NCBI GenBank assembly: GCA_965279375.1
Contig: OZ257156.1
Location: forward strand, 5,245,735-5,309,734
Direction: 5' to 3'
DNA: 64,000 nucleotides
Origin: Gemmatimonas sp.
GTDB taxonomy: Bacteria > Gemmatimonadota > Gemmatimonadetes > Gemmatimonadales > Gemmatimonadaceae
Part shown: in pieces, positions 10,726-20,066 of the stretch
Position numbering within the stretch: position 1 is the stretch's first letter
Layout: each line of letters opens with the position of its first letter
Notes under the pieces: model-generated
Databases searched by the model: none
Seen by the model: only the letters and a program-made list of their open reading frames with translations
What the model was told of the DNA's origin: nothing
Made by a program: the position numbers and the translations under genes

Positions 10726-11946
10726 CTATGCGCTTTCGGGCAGCGCGATGTCTGGCTGCGCGACGGCGGCAGTGGTGCCGAAGTCGAAGCCAGGCACGGA
10801 GACGCGCGGAATCTCCTGACCAATGGTGCGTTCGATGGTGCGCACCATGCCGATCTCTTCGGCCGACATGAACGTGTACGCGTCGCCGGTGGAGGCGGCG
10901 CGTCCCGTGCGGCCGATGCGATGCACGTAGTCTTCCGGCTGCTGCGGCACGTCGTAGTTGATCACGTGCGTGATGCCGGAGATATCGAGACCGCGTTGCG
11001 CGATGTCGGTTGCCACCAGTACGCGCAGCTTGCCGCTCTTGAAGTCTTCGAGCGCCTGCATGCGTTGCTGCTGCGACTTGTCGGCGTGCATCGCGCCGGC
11101 GTCGATACCCGCCTGCTCGAGGTCACGCACGACGCGATCGGCGCCCGACTTGGTGCGTGTGAACACCAGCACGGAGTCGTGGTGCTTGGCCGACAGCAGG
11201 TGCACGAGCAGTTCGTTCTTGCGCTGACGCGGGACCGGATAAACGGCGTGCGTGACGGTCGTTGCTGCAGAGGAACGACGTCCCACCTGCACGACGACGG
11301 GCTTGCGCAGATACTTGCGCGCGAGCGCTTCGACTTCGGGGGGCATGGTCGCGCTGAAGAGCAACGTCTGGCGATAGCGCGGAATCTGTTCGACGATGCG
11401 ATTGAGTTGCGGCGCAAAACCCATGTCGAGCATGCGATCCGCTTCATCAAGCACGAGCGTCTCGAGATACGAGAAGTCCACGTTCCGCTTCTCGAGGTGA
11501 TCGAGCAGTCGGCCCGGGGTGGCGACGACCGCATCGACGCCGGCACGCAGCGCCTTTTCCTGCGGCTCGTAGCCCACGCCACCGAAGACGGGGATGACGT
11601 CGATTGGCGCGTACTTGGAATACTTGCGGAAGCTTTCCTCCACCTGCAGGCACAGCTCGCGCGTGGGAGTGAGAATCAGCACGCGTGTGCGCCGTGGTCC
11701 TCCCAGCAGGCGATTGACGATCGGCAGCGTGAAGCTGGCGGTCTTGCCCGTTCCGGTTTGCGCGAGGCCGATGAGGTCGCGCCCCTTGAGCGCGATGGGT
11801 ATGGCTTCGCGCTGGATCGGCGTCGGGAAGTTGTACCCTGCGTCGCGGAGTGCGTCGAGCAGAGGCTGGGCGAGGCCCAGTTGGGCGAAGGTCGTGTCCT
11901 CGCCGGGTGCGAGTTCAATCGCGGAGTCGTTCGCGGGTGCAGTCAT
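10726..11946 (-). CDS. rhlE: DEAD-box RNA helicase RhlE-like
   Basis: Q motif PTPIQ, AQTGTGKT, PTREL, TPGRL, DEAD, SAT, YVHRIGRTGR. Confidence 0.93.
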   Translation of the reverse strand: MTAPANDSAIELAPGEDTTFAQLGLAQPLLDALRDAGYNFPTPIQREAIPIALKGRDLIGLAQTGTGKTASFTLPIVNRLLGGPRRTRVLILTPTRELCLQVEESFRKYSKYAPIDVIPVFGGVGYEPQEKALRAGVDAVVATPGRLLDHLEKRNVDFSYLETLVLDEADRMLDMGFAPQLNRIVEQIPRYRQTLLFSATMPPEVEALARKYLRKPVVVQVGRRSSAATTVTHAVYPVPRQRKNELLVHLLSAKHHDSVLVFTRTKSGADRVVRDLEQAGIDAGAMHADKSQQQRMQALEDFKSGKLRVLVATDIAQRGLDISGITHVINYDVPQQPEDYVHRIGRTGRAASTGDAYTFMSAEEIGMVRTIERTIGQEIPRVSVPGFDFGTTAAVAQPDIALPESA

Positions 11947-12056
11947 ATGTGTGCGGGAAAGCTAATGCGCGCCGCGCGCCGCGATGTGGATCGGGGCGTC
12001 GGTGATGCGGGAGTGCGTGTGGGGCGGCTGCGTGCGCATCCGCCGCGACAGCCGTC

Positions 12057-13211
12057 TCAGATCAGTTCGATCTGGCGTCCGGCAAGCCGAGCGATCAAGC
12101 CGAGCCGGAGGGTGACGTCGATGGAGGCACTGTCAGCGAGCCCGTCGCGGGCGCTGAGCGGCATGACCGGCCACGACCACGACGGAACGTGTTCAGGCAT
12201 GACGACGGAGCGCGGCGGATGCCAGATGCCTTTCCGATCGCGGTCGTCGAGCAGGCGATCGAACAGTCGCATCCATCCTTCGTGCTTCTTGAGGAAGCCG
12301 AGCCTGGCCATGATCTCGAGCCAAGCGAGGGAGGACGGCATGTCGGCGTCCATGACGTTGCGCGTCGGCAGGAAATCGCCGAGTGCGAGGTGCGGCTGTT
12401 CGATGAGATGGACGCCTACCTGTTGCACCGCCTGCTGGCGGGGCCAGGGCTGGGTGAGGTAGGTGAAGAGGCGATCCATGACTTCGTGGTGCTCGCTGCG
12501 GAACTGCGGCATGTGCGCGAGCATGAGCAGCGTATGGAACGACGGAGCAGCGACTTCAGCGGCGAGGACGTGTTGGTTGCCGAGCCTGAGCCACGGCTTG
12601 GTGGCGAGCGGCGAGCGCAGGTATGCGCCCACACGATCGGTGAGGCGGCGGGCAGCACCGCGGAGTCGCGGGTCGCTTTCGTAGCCGGCCGTGGCGAGCG
12701 CGGCGGCAGCAGCTTCGCGGAGAATCAGGCGCCCGCGCTTGACGAGATCTTCGTCCGTGGCGGTCGCGCCCAGCTCGGCGAGGTACGCGGGATCGTTGTC
12801 TTCGGCGAGGAGTCGGAAGAGGAGGCGCTTGGTGGTGGCGAGCGCGGGGCTTTCCGGGTCCCAGCCGAGTTCGATGAGGCGTCGATAGGCGAGAATCGTC
12901 CCAACGCCCGGGAGTTCATCGCCCTTTGGGACGGTGAGCATTCCGGCGGGCCACGAGCCATCGGAGTCCTGCATCAGCAGGAGGTGCCATCCCATCTTCG
13001 ACGCGAAGGGGACGCGTGAGAGCGGCCCGTCCTTGGGCTGCGTCTGCGCGACGTCTACCAGTGCGCGATACTGTACCGCAGGTGGCGCATTGGTGAGGAG
13101 CCAATTCAGCGCGAACGTGGTCGGCGCAGCCGGTGCAGGCGCGGACAACGAGGTCGGCGGCACGAGCATGTTCGGGAACGACAGGCCGGGTATCGAGGTC
13201 GGGAGGGTCAC
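12057..13211 (-). CDS. hypothetical alpha-helical protein with QW-like (prenyltransferase/squalene cyclase repeat-like) motifs
   Basis: LLLMQDSDGSW and LLDDRDRKGIW; start uncertain (GTG 13211 or ATG 13169). Confidence 0.6.
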   Translation of the reverse strand: MTLPTSIPGLSFPNMLVPPTSLSAPAPAAPTTFALNWLLTNAPPAVQYRALVDVAQTQPKDGPLSRVPFASKMGWHLLLMQDSDGSWPAGMLTVPKGDELPGVGTILAYRRLIELGWDPESPALATTKRLLFRLLAEDNDPAYLAELGATATDEDLVKRGRLILREAAAAALATAGYESDPRLRGAARRLTDRVGAYLRSPLATKPWLRLGNQHVLAAEVAAPSFHTLLMLAHMPQFRSEHHEVMDRLFTYLTQPWPRQQAVQQVGVHLIEQPHLALGDFLPTRNVMDADMPSSLAWLEIMARLGFLKKHEGWMRLFDRLLDDRDRKGIWHPPRSVVMPEHVPSWSWPVMPLSARDGLADSASIDVTLRLGLIARLAGRQIELI

Positions 13212-13429
13212 TGAAGCGCTATTCTACCCCATCCGGTGTATTCCGCTAGAGGCGACGGGCCGCTGAACCCACCGAGATTCACGACTCGTGTCAAGATCAG
13301 CACGTTCGGTCATATTGCTGAGTTCGCCTCTAACGCTTTTGTTGCCCGCTGCGTCTACATCTCTGAGTGTGTGCAGCCACGCGGATGCGCGGTATGCCGC
13401 ACGGAACGCCCACCACCGGACTCCTCCCC

Positions 13430-13819
13430 ATGAAGAATTCCCTTCGCATTCTCGTTGCAGTTGCCTCGCTCGCAGTCGCAGCGCCGGCCTACGCCCAGGG
13501 TGGCGGTGGTGGTGGCGGCGGTGGCATGGGTGGCCCGCGCATGAGCCCCGAAGAGCGCAAGGCCAAGATGTTCGAAGGCATCACGCTGACCGCCGACCAG
13601 CAGACCAAGATCGACACCGCCATGGCGCAGTCGGCCAAGAAGCAGGCGGAACTGCGCGCGTCGATGCAGGCGGGCGGCGATCGTCAGGCGATGATGGGTC
13701 AGATGCGTGACATCCAGACCGAGCAGACGAAGGCCATCAAGGCCGTGCTCACTGCGGAACAGGCCGTGATCTTCGACAAGAACATGGAAGCGCTGCAGCC
13801 GCGCCGCCCGGGCAACTGA
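13430..13819 (+). CDS. Spy/CpxP-like LTXXQ periplasmic protein
   Basis: signal peptide ending AYA, Gly-rich linker, LTADQ and LTAEQ motifs. Confidence 0.78.
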   Translation: MKNSLRILVAVASLAVAAPAYAQGGGGGGGGGMGGPRMSPEERKAKMFEGITLTADQQTKIDTAMAQSAKKQAELRASMQAGGDRQAMMGQMRDIQTEQTKAIKAVLTAEQAVIFDKNMEALQPRRPGN

Positions 13820-13880
13820 GCATCGCGACCGAGCACGCGTAGCCGATCGAATCGCGACACGCGCATCGATCGCTAGGCAG

Positions 13881-13909
13881 AACGGGGACGCCATCTGGCG
13901 TCCCCGTTT
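13881..13909 (+). terminator. intrinsic terminator-like hairpin
   Basis: AACGGGGACGCCA-TC-TGGCGTCCCCGTT(T) perfect inverted repeat about 60 nt after the stop codon. Confidence 0.7.
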
Positions 13910-14013
13910 GCGTTCGTGTGCTTGTCCCCGTTCGACGTCGGGTCAAGATTCCGAAACGACATGCGCGCGCCCGCTCCCTTCCCGACCGACGGTACGTCGG
14001 ACTCCCGCCCGTA

Positions 14014-14898
14014 GTGCGCGGCGAATTCATCGACCTCGGTGGGGTGCGCCTGTACTGCTACGCGTTCGGTTCGCGTGGCGCGGGCGACCCGATCGTCCTG
14101 GTCCACGGGGCGTTCACGTCCTCGCATCTGTGGCAGGACCTGCTGCCGCGACTGCCCAAGGGACATCGCGTCCTCGTACTCGACCTGCTCGGACACGGGC
14201 GCAGCGATCCCCCGGCTGACGCGTCGATGACCGTTGGAGCGCATGCGGATCGATTGGCGGCACTCCTCGACGTGCTCGGCGTGCAGCGCGCGTCCATCGT
14301 TGGTCATGGGATGGGTGCCGCGATTGCCGCCTGCGTCGCCCATCGTCGCCCCGAGCAGGTCGGCGGACTCGTGCTGGTGAATCCGAGCATGCTCGGTCGC
14401 GAGCGTCGCGATACGCGCGTCTTCGGTCGACTCGCGCGCCTGGCGCTGTTGGTACCGTTGTGGCGGCGATTGGCGCCGGCATGGCTGGCCTCGACGCTGC
14501 ACTCCGCGCTGCTCCCTGCCTTCGCACAGCGGAGCAACGGCGCACACTCACTCGATCTTTACCTCAAGCACTTTCGTTCACGCGACGGTCGCGACGCCGC
14601 GTGCGCACAGCTGCGCGGGTTCGGCGGATCGAGCGCCGACTCCCCCTCCGCCCTTGCAGCCGGCGCGCTGCGTTGCCCCGTCGCACTCGTACTCGGCGAT
14701 GCCGATCCGTTCATGTCGTCCGATCGCGCCGACCGATTGCTCGCGGCGCTCGAGGAGGCAACGACTGCGCAAGCTGTGTCGCATCGACTTGGCAGCGTGG
14801 CGCATATGGTGCCGGAGGAGGCGCCCGATGGACTGGGACAGATCGTCTGTGCACTGGTCGGTCCTGGATTGGTCGAAGAACGCGTTCCGATTCCCTGA
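14014..14898 (+). CDS. alpha/beta hydrolase-fold protein, nucleophile Ser replaced by Gly
   Basis: LVHG, DLLGHGRS, GHGMG, GDAD, AHMVPEE; GTG start inferred. Confidence 0.85.
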   Translation: MRGEFIDLGGVRLYCYAFGSRGAGDPIVLVHGAFTSSHLWQDLLPRLPKGHRVLVLDLLGHGRSDPPADASMTVGAHADRLAALLDVLGVQRASIVGHGMGAAIAACVAHRRPEQVGGLVLVNPSMLGRERRDTRVFGRLARLALLVPLWRRLAPAWLASTLHSALLPAFAQRSNGAHSLDLYLKHFRSRDGRDAACAQLRGFGGSSADSPSALAAGALRCPVALVLGDADPFMSSDRADRLLAALEEATTAQAVSHRLGSVAHMVPEEAPDGLGQIVCALVGPGLVEERVPIP

Positions 14899-14922
14899 TT
14901 TTCACCGAGGTACCGTAGCACC

Positions 14923-15240
14923 ATGACGTCACGTCTCGAAATCATGCGCATCATGGCAGCCAAGCAACCGGACAATCCGCTGGCGCGCTTCGGTTACGCG
15001 AACGAACTACTGAAGGAAGGGCTGCATGCCGACGCCGAAGTGGAGTTGGCGGCATATCTCGCGCGCTACGACGACGAAGGCAACGGGTGGTTACGCTACG
15101 CCGATGTGCTGAAGCAGCTGGACCGTGAGGCCGACGCGCGTGCGGCGATCGACAAGGGAAAGGCGGCTGCAGTGCGCTTCGGGCATGGTGCCCTCGTGAG
15201 CGAGATGGACGCGCGTCTCGAGGAGTGGGACGACGCGTAG
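14923..15240 (+). CDS. small TPR-like protein
   Basis: PDNPLARFGYANELLKEG...GWLRYADVL...A...G pattern; GAGG RBS. Confidence 0.75.
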   Translation: MTSRLEIMRIMAAKQPDNPLARFGYANELLKEGLHADAEVELAAYLARYDDEGNGWLRYADVLKQLDREADARAAIDKGKAAAVRFGHGALVSEMDARLEEWDDA

Positions 15241-15266
15241 CGACTGACGGCGTGCGTCTGCCGAGC

Positions 15267-17684
15267 CTAGAGTCGGCGCAACTCGTCGGCCGCGCTGACC
15301 GCGTGACCGATGTCGCGCGAGATCGCGCGCGCTTCCTGCGTCGCACTCGTGACATCGCTGAGCGCCGCACCGACGCCCATCGTGCGAAGCTTCACCATGT
15401 CGAGCCGCAGCGAGCGCATCGCAACCGACGCGCTTTCGAGTTGACGCTGCATCGCGTCGCGGCGCGTGACGAGCTCGTTGAGCGAGTCGCGTTGACGCGT
15501 GAGCAATGACAACCGCCGCTCCCGATCGGGTGCGGACTCCGGCTCGGCGCTGACGACGGCGATGCGTTGTTCGAGTTGCGTGAGCGCATCGGTCGGCAGA
15601 TCGCGTTGCAGGCGCTCCAGTCCGCTCGCCAGGGCACCGATGCGTTCCATCAATGCGTCGGCCGTGGGCTCGACGTCGGGAACCATCGCACGGTCTGCGT
15701 CCGTGAGCTTGAGTGACGCATCGCGAATCGTCATCCGATCGTCGACCGCCGATCGCACGTGTTCGCCGTACGGCGAAGCCAGCACGGCGCTGCCGGCGAC
15801 ACGATCGATCTCTTCACGCAGCCGCAGGTCGCGTGGGCGATCATCGGGGACTTCCAACAGTGCTTGCCAGCCGCGTCCCAGGGCAGCGGTGGGTGCGACA
15901 CCGAGTCGTCGCAAGCGCAGCCCAGCGACGATGGACATCTGCAGCGCTCCTAGGCTGACGAGCAACGAGCCGATGAACGGCACGATCATCGGATTGATGT
16001 TCAGCGTGCCGCCGATGAGAAAGCTGCCCGCAGCGACTGCGGCCGCGCCCGCCGCGACCTTCACGCGTCGACGGAACGATGAGACCGCCTCGGCGATACG
16101 CTTGGGCTTCGAGATACCCGTGCTCGCATCGAGTGCATTCGGCTCACCTTCCACATCGGCTGCACCGATCACCTGCGAGAAACGCGCGCCGCGGCGGCGC
16201 AGGCGTGCCCACTGACCGAGCAGTCCCATGCTCATGCCGAATGCGGGGAAGATCACCCACGGGAACTGTCGACTGGTCAGCAGGTTGATCGTGCCCAGAA
16301 AACCGAGGAGCATGCCCGTGGACACGAGGCTCTGTCGAAAGCGCAGGATCTGTTCGCTGAGCGGACGCGCGTCATCGCGTCCCCACTGACTCATGGCGCC
16401 GGCCATGCCGCCCGCCATGCCACCAGCCATACGTCCCGCCTGCGCAACCTCGCGCATGTCGGAGCGGAGCTGTTGTCGCACGTCCTTTCGCTGCTCCTTC
16501 ACGGCTCGGCGCCACTCGCGATACTCCTCGCGACTCGCGTTTGGCGACAACGGCGGTAGCGGCGGCAGCGGCATCATGGGATACGCACTGGCTGGCTCCG
16601 GCGCCTCGAGCGCGCGCGGGTTCCAATCTTCGGCGCGATGCCCGTGCTTCTCCATGTAGTCACGGCGCGCGCGTTCGTCACGCTCGGCCTGATACGGATC
16701 GTACGACGGCGCGCGCGACGGCGCGGCCTGTCGCGGGGGCGCGATCGCGAGTGATCCATCGCGTTGCACCCGTCGGAGGGCGTCGCGCAGCACCATCGCG
16801 CTGTCGAAGCGGTCGGCAGGACGTTTCGCGAGGCACTTTTCGAGAATCTCGACGAGCGCACGCGGCGCGTCGGGGCGCGTGCTCCAGATGGGCGTCGGCG
16901 TTTCGCTCACGTGTGCCAGCAGCATCGCCGGCGTGGACGTCGCCAGGAACGGCAGCCGACCGGCGAGCATGAGGTAGCCGACGACGCCGAGTGAGTAGAC
17001 GTCGCTGCGTCCATCGACGTCCTTGTCACCCGTGGCCTGCTCGGGGCTCATGAAGGCCGGCGTTCCGACAGCGATGCCCGTCTGCGTGAGTCGTGTGCCC
17101 GTCTCTGCCGCGCGCGCGATCCCGAAGTCGGTCACCATCGCACGGCCGGACTCGCGATCGATGAGGACGTTGTCTGGCTTGATGTCGCGATGCACGACGC
17201 CGCTGGCGTGCGCATATGCGAGCGCGTCCGCCACCTGCTCCAGCACGTGCGCGATGGACGCGAAGCTTGGCCGTTCGTCGCGCGCCACCCACGCCGCGAG
17301 ACTTTCGCCTGAGACGAGCGACATCGCGAAGCAGACAATTCCCGACTTCTCGTGCACGGCGTATATCGGCACGATATTCGGATGATTCAGTCGCGCGGCG
17401 GTCTGCGCCTCGCGCACGAATCGCTCACGCACGTCCGAGCGAAAGGCGAGGTCGGGGGGCAACACCTTGAGCGCTACGTGGCGCTGCAGGCGCACGTCTT
17501 CGGCGGCGTAGACGACGGCCATGCCACCGCGACCGACTTCGCGATCGATCAGGTACTGGTCACCAAAGGCAGCGGTGACCCGATCGCGGAGCAGTGATGC
17601 GTCGGCTTCGTCTTCGGCGCGACGCTTGGCGGCAGCGTCGCCCCTGGCGCCTCGCCCCGGAACGACTGGCGTGACGTCCGGCAT
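15267..17684 (-). CDS. Hanks-type Ser/Thr kinase with TM hairpins and C-terminal coiled-coil domain
   Basis: GRGGMAVVY, VALK, HRDIKPDN, DFG, GTPAFMSPEQ, SDVYSLG; four hydrophobic segments; start ATG 17684 lies 7 nt after the upstream kinase stop. Confidence 0.93.
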   Translation of the reverse strand: MPDVTPVVPGRGARGDAAAKRRAEDEADASLLRDRVTAAFGDQYLIDREVGRGGMAVVYAAEDVRLQRHVALKVLPPDLAFRSDVRERFVREAQTAARLNHPNIVPIYAVHEKSGIVCFAMSLVSGESLAAWVARDERPSFASIAHVLEQVADALAYAHASGVVHRDIKPDNVLIDRESGRAMVTDFGIARAAETGTRLTQTGIAVGTPAFMSPEQATGDKDVDGRSDVYSLGVVGYLMLAGRLPFLATSTPAMLLAHVSETPTPIWSTRPDAPRALVEILEKCLAKRPADRFDSAMVLRDALRRVQRDGSLAIAPPRQAAPSRAPSYDPYQAERDERARRDYMEKHGHRAEDWNPRALEAPEPASAYPMMPLPPLPPLSPNASREEYREWRRAVKEQRKDVRQQLRSDMREVAQAGRMAGGMAGGMAGAMSQWGRDDARPLSEQILRFRQSLVSTGMLLGFLGTINLLTSRQFPWVIFPAFGMSMGLLGQWARLRRRGARFSQVIGAADVEGEPNALDASTGISKPKRIAEAVSSFRRRVKVAAGAAAVAAGSFLIGGTLNINPMIVPFIGSLLVSLGALQMSIVAGLRLRRLGVAPTAALGRGWQALLEVPDDRPRDLRLREEIDRVAGSAVLASPYGEHVRSAVDDRMTIRDASLKLTDADRAMVPDVEPTADALMERIGALASGLERLQRDLPTDALTQLEQRIAVVSAEPESAPDRERRLSLLTRQRDSLNELVTRRDAMQRQLESASVAMRSLRLDMVKLRTMGVGAALSDVTSATQEARAISRDIGHAVSAADELRRL

Positions 17685-17691
17685 GCGACGC

Positions 17692-19824
17692 TCAGACCGT
17701 GGCGTTCGAAGTGCGCGGCCGCGTGGCATCGCGCACTTCGTTCGCCGCAGCGACTGCGATGTCGACTTCACGCGCGAGCGCCATCGCCTGTTCGGCCACG
17801 AGCGTCACGCTCTGGACGGAGCTGTTGCCCGTGCGCAGCCGCACGAGATCGAGCCGCACGTTCTCGAGTGCGATGCGGCAGCTTTCCAGCTGACCACGGC
17901 GCGCGTCGCGACGTTTCATGCTCTCGGCGATGCCACGACGATCCCGACGCAGCTGCGCGAGACGACGGACGCGGGCTTCGGAGCGCTGACTGTCGAGCGG
18001 ATTCGCTTCGGCTTCGAGCGAGGCGATTTCGCGATCGACTGTCGCGGCGAGTCGATCGTCCTGCGACCGATCCGAGCGCGCGAGATCGAGGGCGATGCTC
18101 TCAACCTTGTTCACGAGATCCACGGCCATACCCGCCACATCGGGCATGTTCTTCTTTTCCGCGGCAGGAATCGTGGCGATCAGCCGGGCGATCTCTTCGC
18201 GATCAGCGCGGGCCCCGCGCACCACGCCGACGAACTCGCCCAACTCCTCATCGCGAGCGGGGGCGGCGGGCAACGCACGGCCGCCGGCACTGCTGGACGG
18301 AGCCGCTGTGTTCGAGCCCGGCGCCATCGGCGAAAGCACGCCCGTGAGCCGATTGCGCAGGCGCCCCTGGGCACGCAGCTCTTCGCGCTTTTGCCGAGAG
18401 AACGTGGCGTGCACGCCATCCGCAAGATCCGAGAGGACCTCGCCGAACATGCGGTGACGCGGCTGGCGCAGGACGTCCTTCCAGTCATAGCCGTCGGACC
18501 AGAGCTTCGCGTACTTCCACGCGAGGTAGATGGTCCAAAGCGTGCTGATGCTGAAGCCGATCCCGTCCTTGATGTTGAAGACGTTGATGATCAACAGCGC
18601 GCCGTTCACGAACAGGTACGGCGCGAGCTTGCGACGGAACGCGATGACCGGTGGCGCTTCCCAGCGTGCCAGATCGGCTGCGGTCGGCGCGTGTTCGCCC
18701 GTGGGCGTCGCGCCGTAGCCGTAGCTGGCGCTGGAGGGCTGCTGCGTGTTGGACTGGTACGCGGGCGGTGCGTAGCCGCCGGCGTTGGCTGCACTACCTC
18801 CGGCGGGCATACCGGCCAGCGGCATGCTTTGCATCGGGGCCGCGCCGAGCGGCATCCCGCTCATCGACATGCCACCAACCGGGGCGCCGTTGAACGTGAT
18901 AGGCGCGCCCGTCCCGCTGGTGGATGCGCGTGCGGGCGCTGGAGGCACAATGCCACTCTTCAGTGCCTGCACCACCTCGGTCGCGCTCTGGAATCGGTTT
19001 TCGGGCGACTTCTCGAGCAGACGCATGACGATCGTCGCGAGATCGGCCGGCACATCCGGGCGACGATGCGACACCGGCACCGGCATCTCGGCGAGATGCT
19101 TGACCAGCAGCGCTGGCGTGGTGTTGCCGATGAACGGCGGCTCGCCAACCAGCATCTGGTACGCGACGACGCCGAGCGAATAGAGGTCGCTTCGCCCGTC
19201 GAGATCGCGGTCGCCCGACGCCTGCTCGGGCGACATGTACGCCGGCGTCCCGATGGCCATGCCCGTCGCCGTCAGTCGCGACGTTTCGCCCGAGTCCATC
19301 ATGGCGCGCGCGATGCCGAAGTCGGTGACGAGCGCGCGACCGTCGATGCCGTCGAGCAGGATGTTGTCGGGCTTGATATCGCGATGGATCACGCCACGCG
19401 CATGGGCGTATGCCAAAGCATCAGCGACTTCGGTGACCCAGCGACGAACGTTCTCGATGGGCAGCGGACCACGCTTCTGCAGCATCTTCGCGAGGTTGTC
19501 GCCGTCGATGCATGCCATCACGAAGAAAACGAGATTTCCGACTTCGTCGACCGAGTAGATCGGGACGATGTTGGGGTGCCCGAGCTGCGCGGCGGTTTCG
19601 GCTTCGCGCAGGAAGCGCGAGCGAATGTCACGACGGAACGAGAGCTCCGGCGGGAGCAGCTTGATCGCGACGACGCGCTTCAGGCGCTTGTCGCGGGCCC
19701 GGTAGACGATACCCATGCCACCGCGTCCAATCTCCTGATCGACCTCGTATGAGGCGCTGAGCGCGCTTTCAACGTGCGCACGGAGTTCGGCGTCCGGATC
19801 GGACGGGGCTACAGAATCGGGCAC
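17692..19824 (-). CDS. Hanks-type Ser/Thr kinase with 2TM-like hairpin and C-terminal coiled-coil domain
   Basis: GRGGMGIVY, VAIK, HRDIKPDN, DFG, GTPAYMSPEQ; YLFVNGALLIIN TM motif. Confidence 0.93.
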   Translation of the reverse strand: MPDSVAPSDPDAELRAHVESALSASYEVDQEIGRGGMGIVYRARDKRLKRVVAIKLLPPELSFRRDIRSRFLREAETAAQLGHPNIVPIYSVDEVGNLVFFVMACIDGDNLAKMLQKRGPLPIENVRRWVTEVADALAYAHARGVIHRDIKPDNILLDGIDGRALVTDFGIARAMMDSGETSRLTATGMAIGTPAYMSPEQASGDRDLDGRSDLYSLGVVAYQMLVGEPPFIGNTTPALLVKHLAEMPVPVSHRRPDVPADLATIVMRLLEKSPENRFQSATEVVQALKSGIVPPAPARASTSGTGAPITFNGAPVGGMSMSGMPLGAAPMQSMPLAGMPAGGSAANAGGYAPPAYQSNTQQPSSASYGYGATPTGEHAPTAADLARWEAPPVIAFRRKLAPYLFVNGALLIINVFNIKDGIGFSISTLWTIYLAWKYAKLWSDGYDWKDVLRQPRHRMFGEVLSDLADGVHATFSRQKREELRAQGRLRNRLTGVLSPMAPGSNTAAPSSSAGGRALPAAPARDEELGEFVGVVRGARADREEIARLIATIPAAEKKNMPDVAGMAVDLVNKVESIALDLARSDRSQDDRLAATVDREIASLEAEANPLDSQRSEARVRRLAQLRRDRRGIAESMKRRDARRGQLESCRIALENVRLDLVRLRTGNSSVQSVTLVAEQAMALAREVDIAVAAANEVRDATRPRTSNATV

Positions 19825-20066
19825 TCGCTGGGGAATCGGGGGTGATGGACCGGTGGTCGTAGTGTAGCACCGGGGTCGACTGGACGACAGCGCGACGGCC
19901 GCAGGACGCCTCGGACCGGTTTCGGCCGTCGCGGCAGCAGGCTGGCAGCCCCTACGTCAGCGGGTCAGGGAAAAGTTGCAAAACCTGCCGGGATGGCGGA
20001 ACCGGGATGGTGCGAATCGTGCCTATTACCGGGCGATCTCCTCAATCCTCCATCAGGATCGAATCA

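Noticed and set aside
13499..13533. GGY repeat tract
   Set aside because: Simply encodes a poly-Gly linker after a signal peptide; not a contingency locus or CRISPR repeat.
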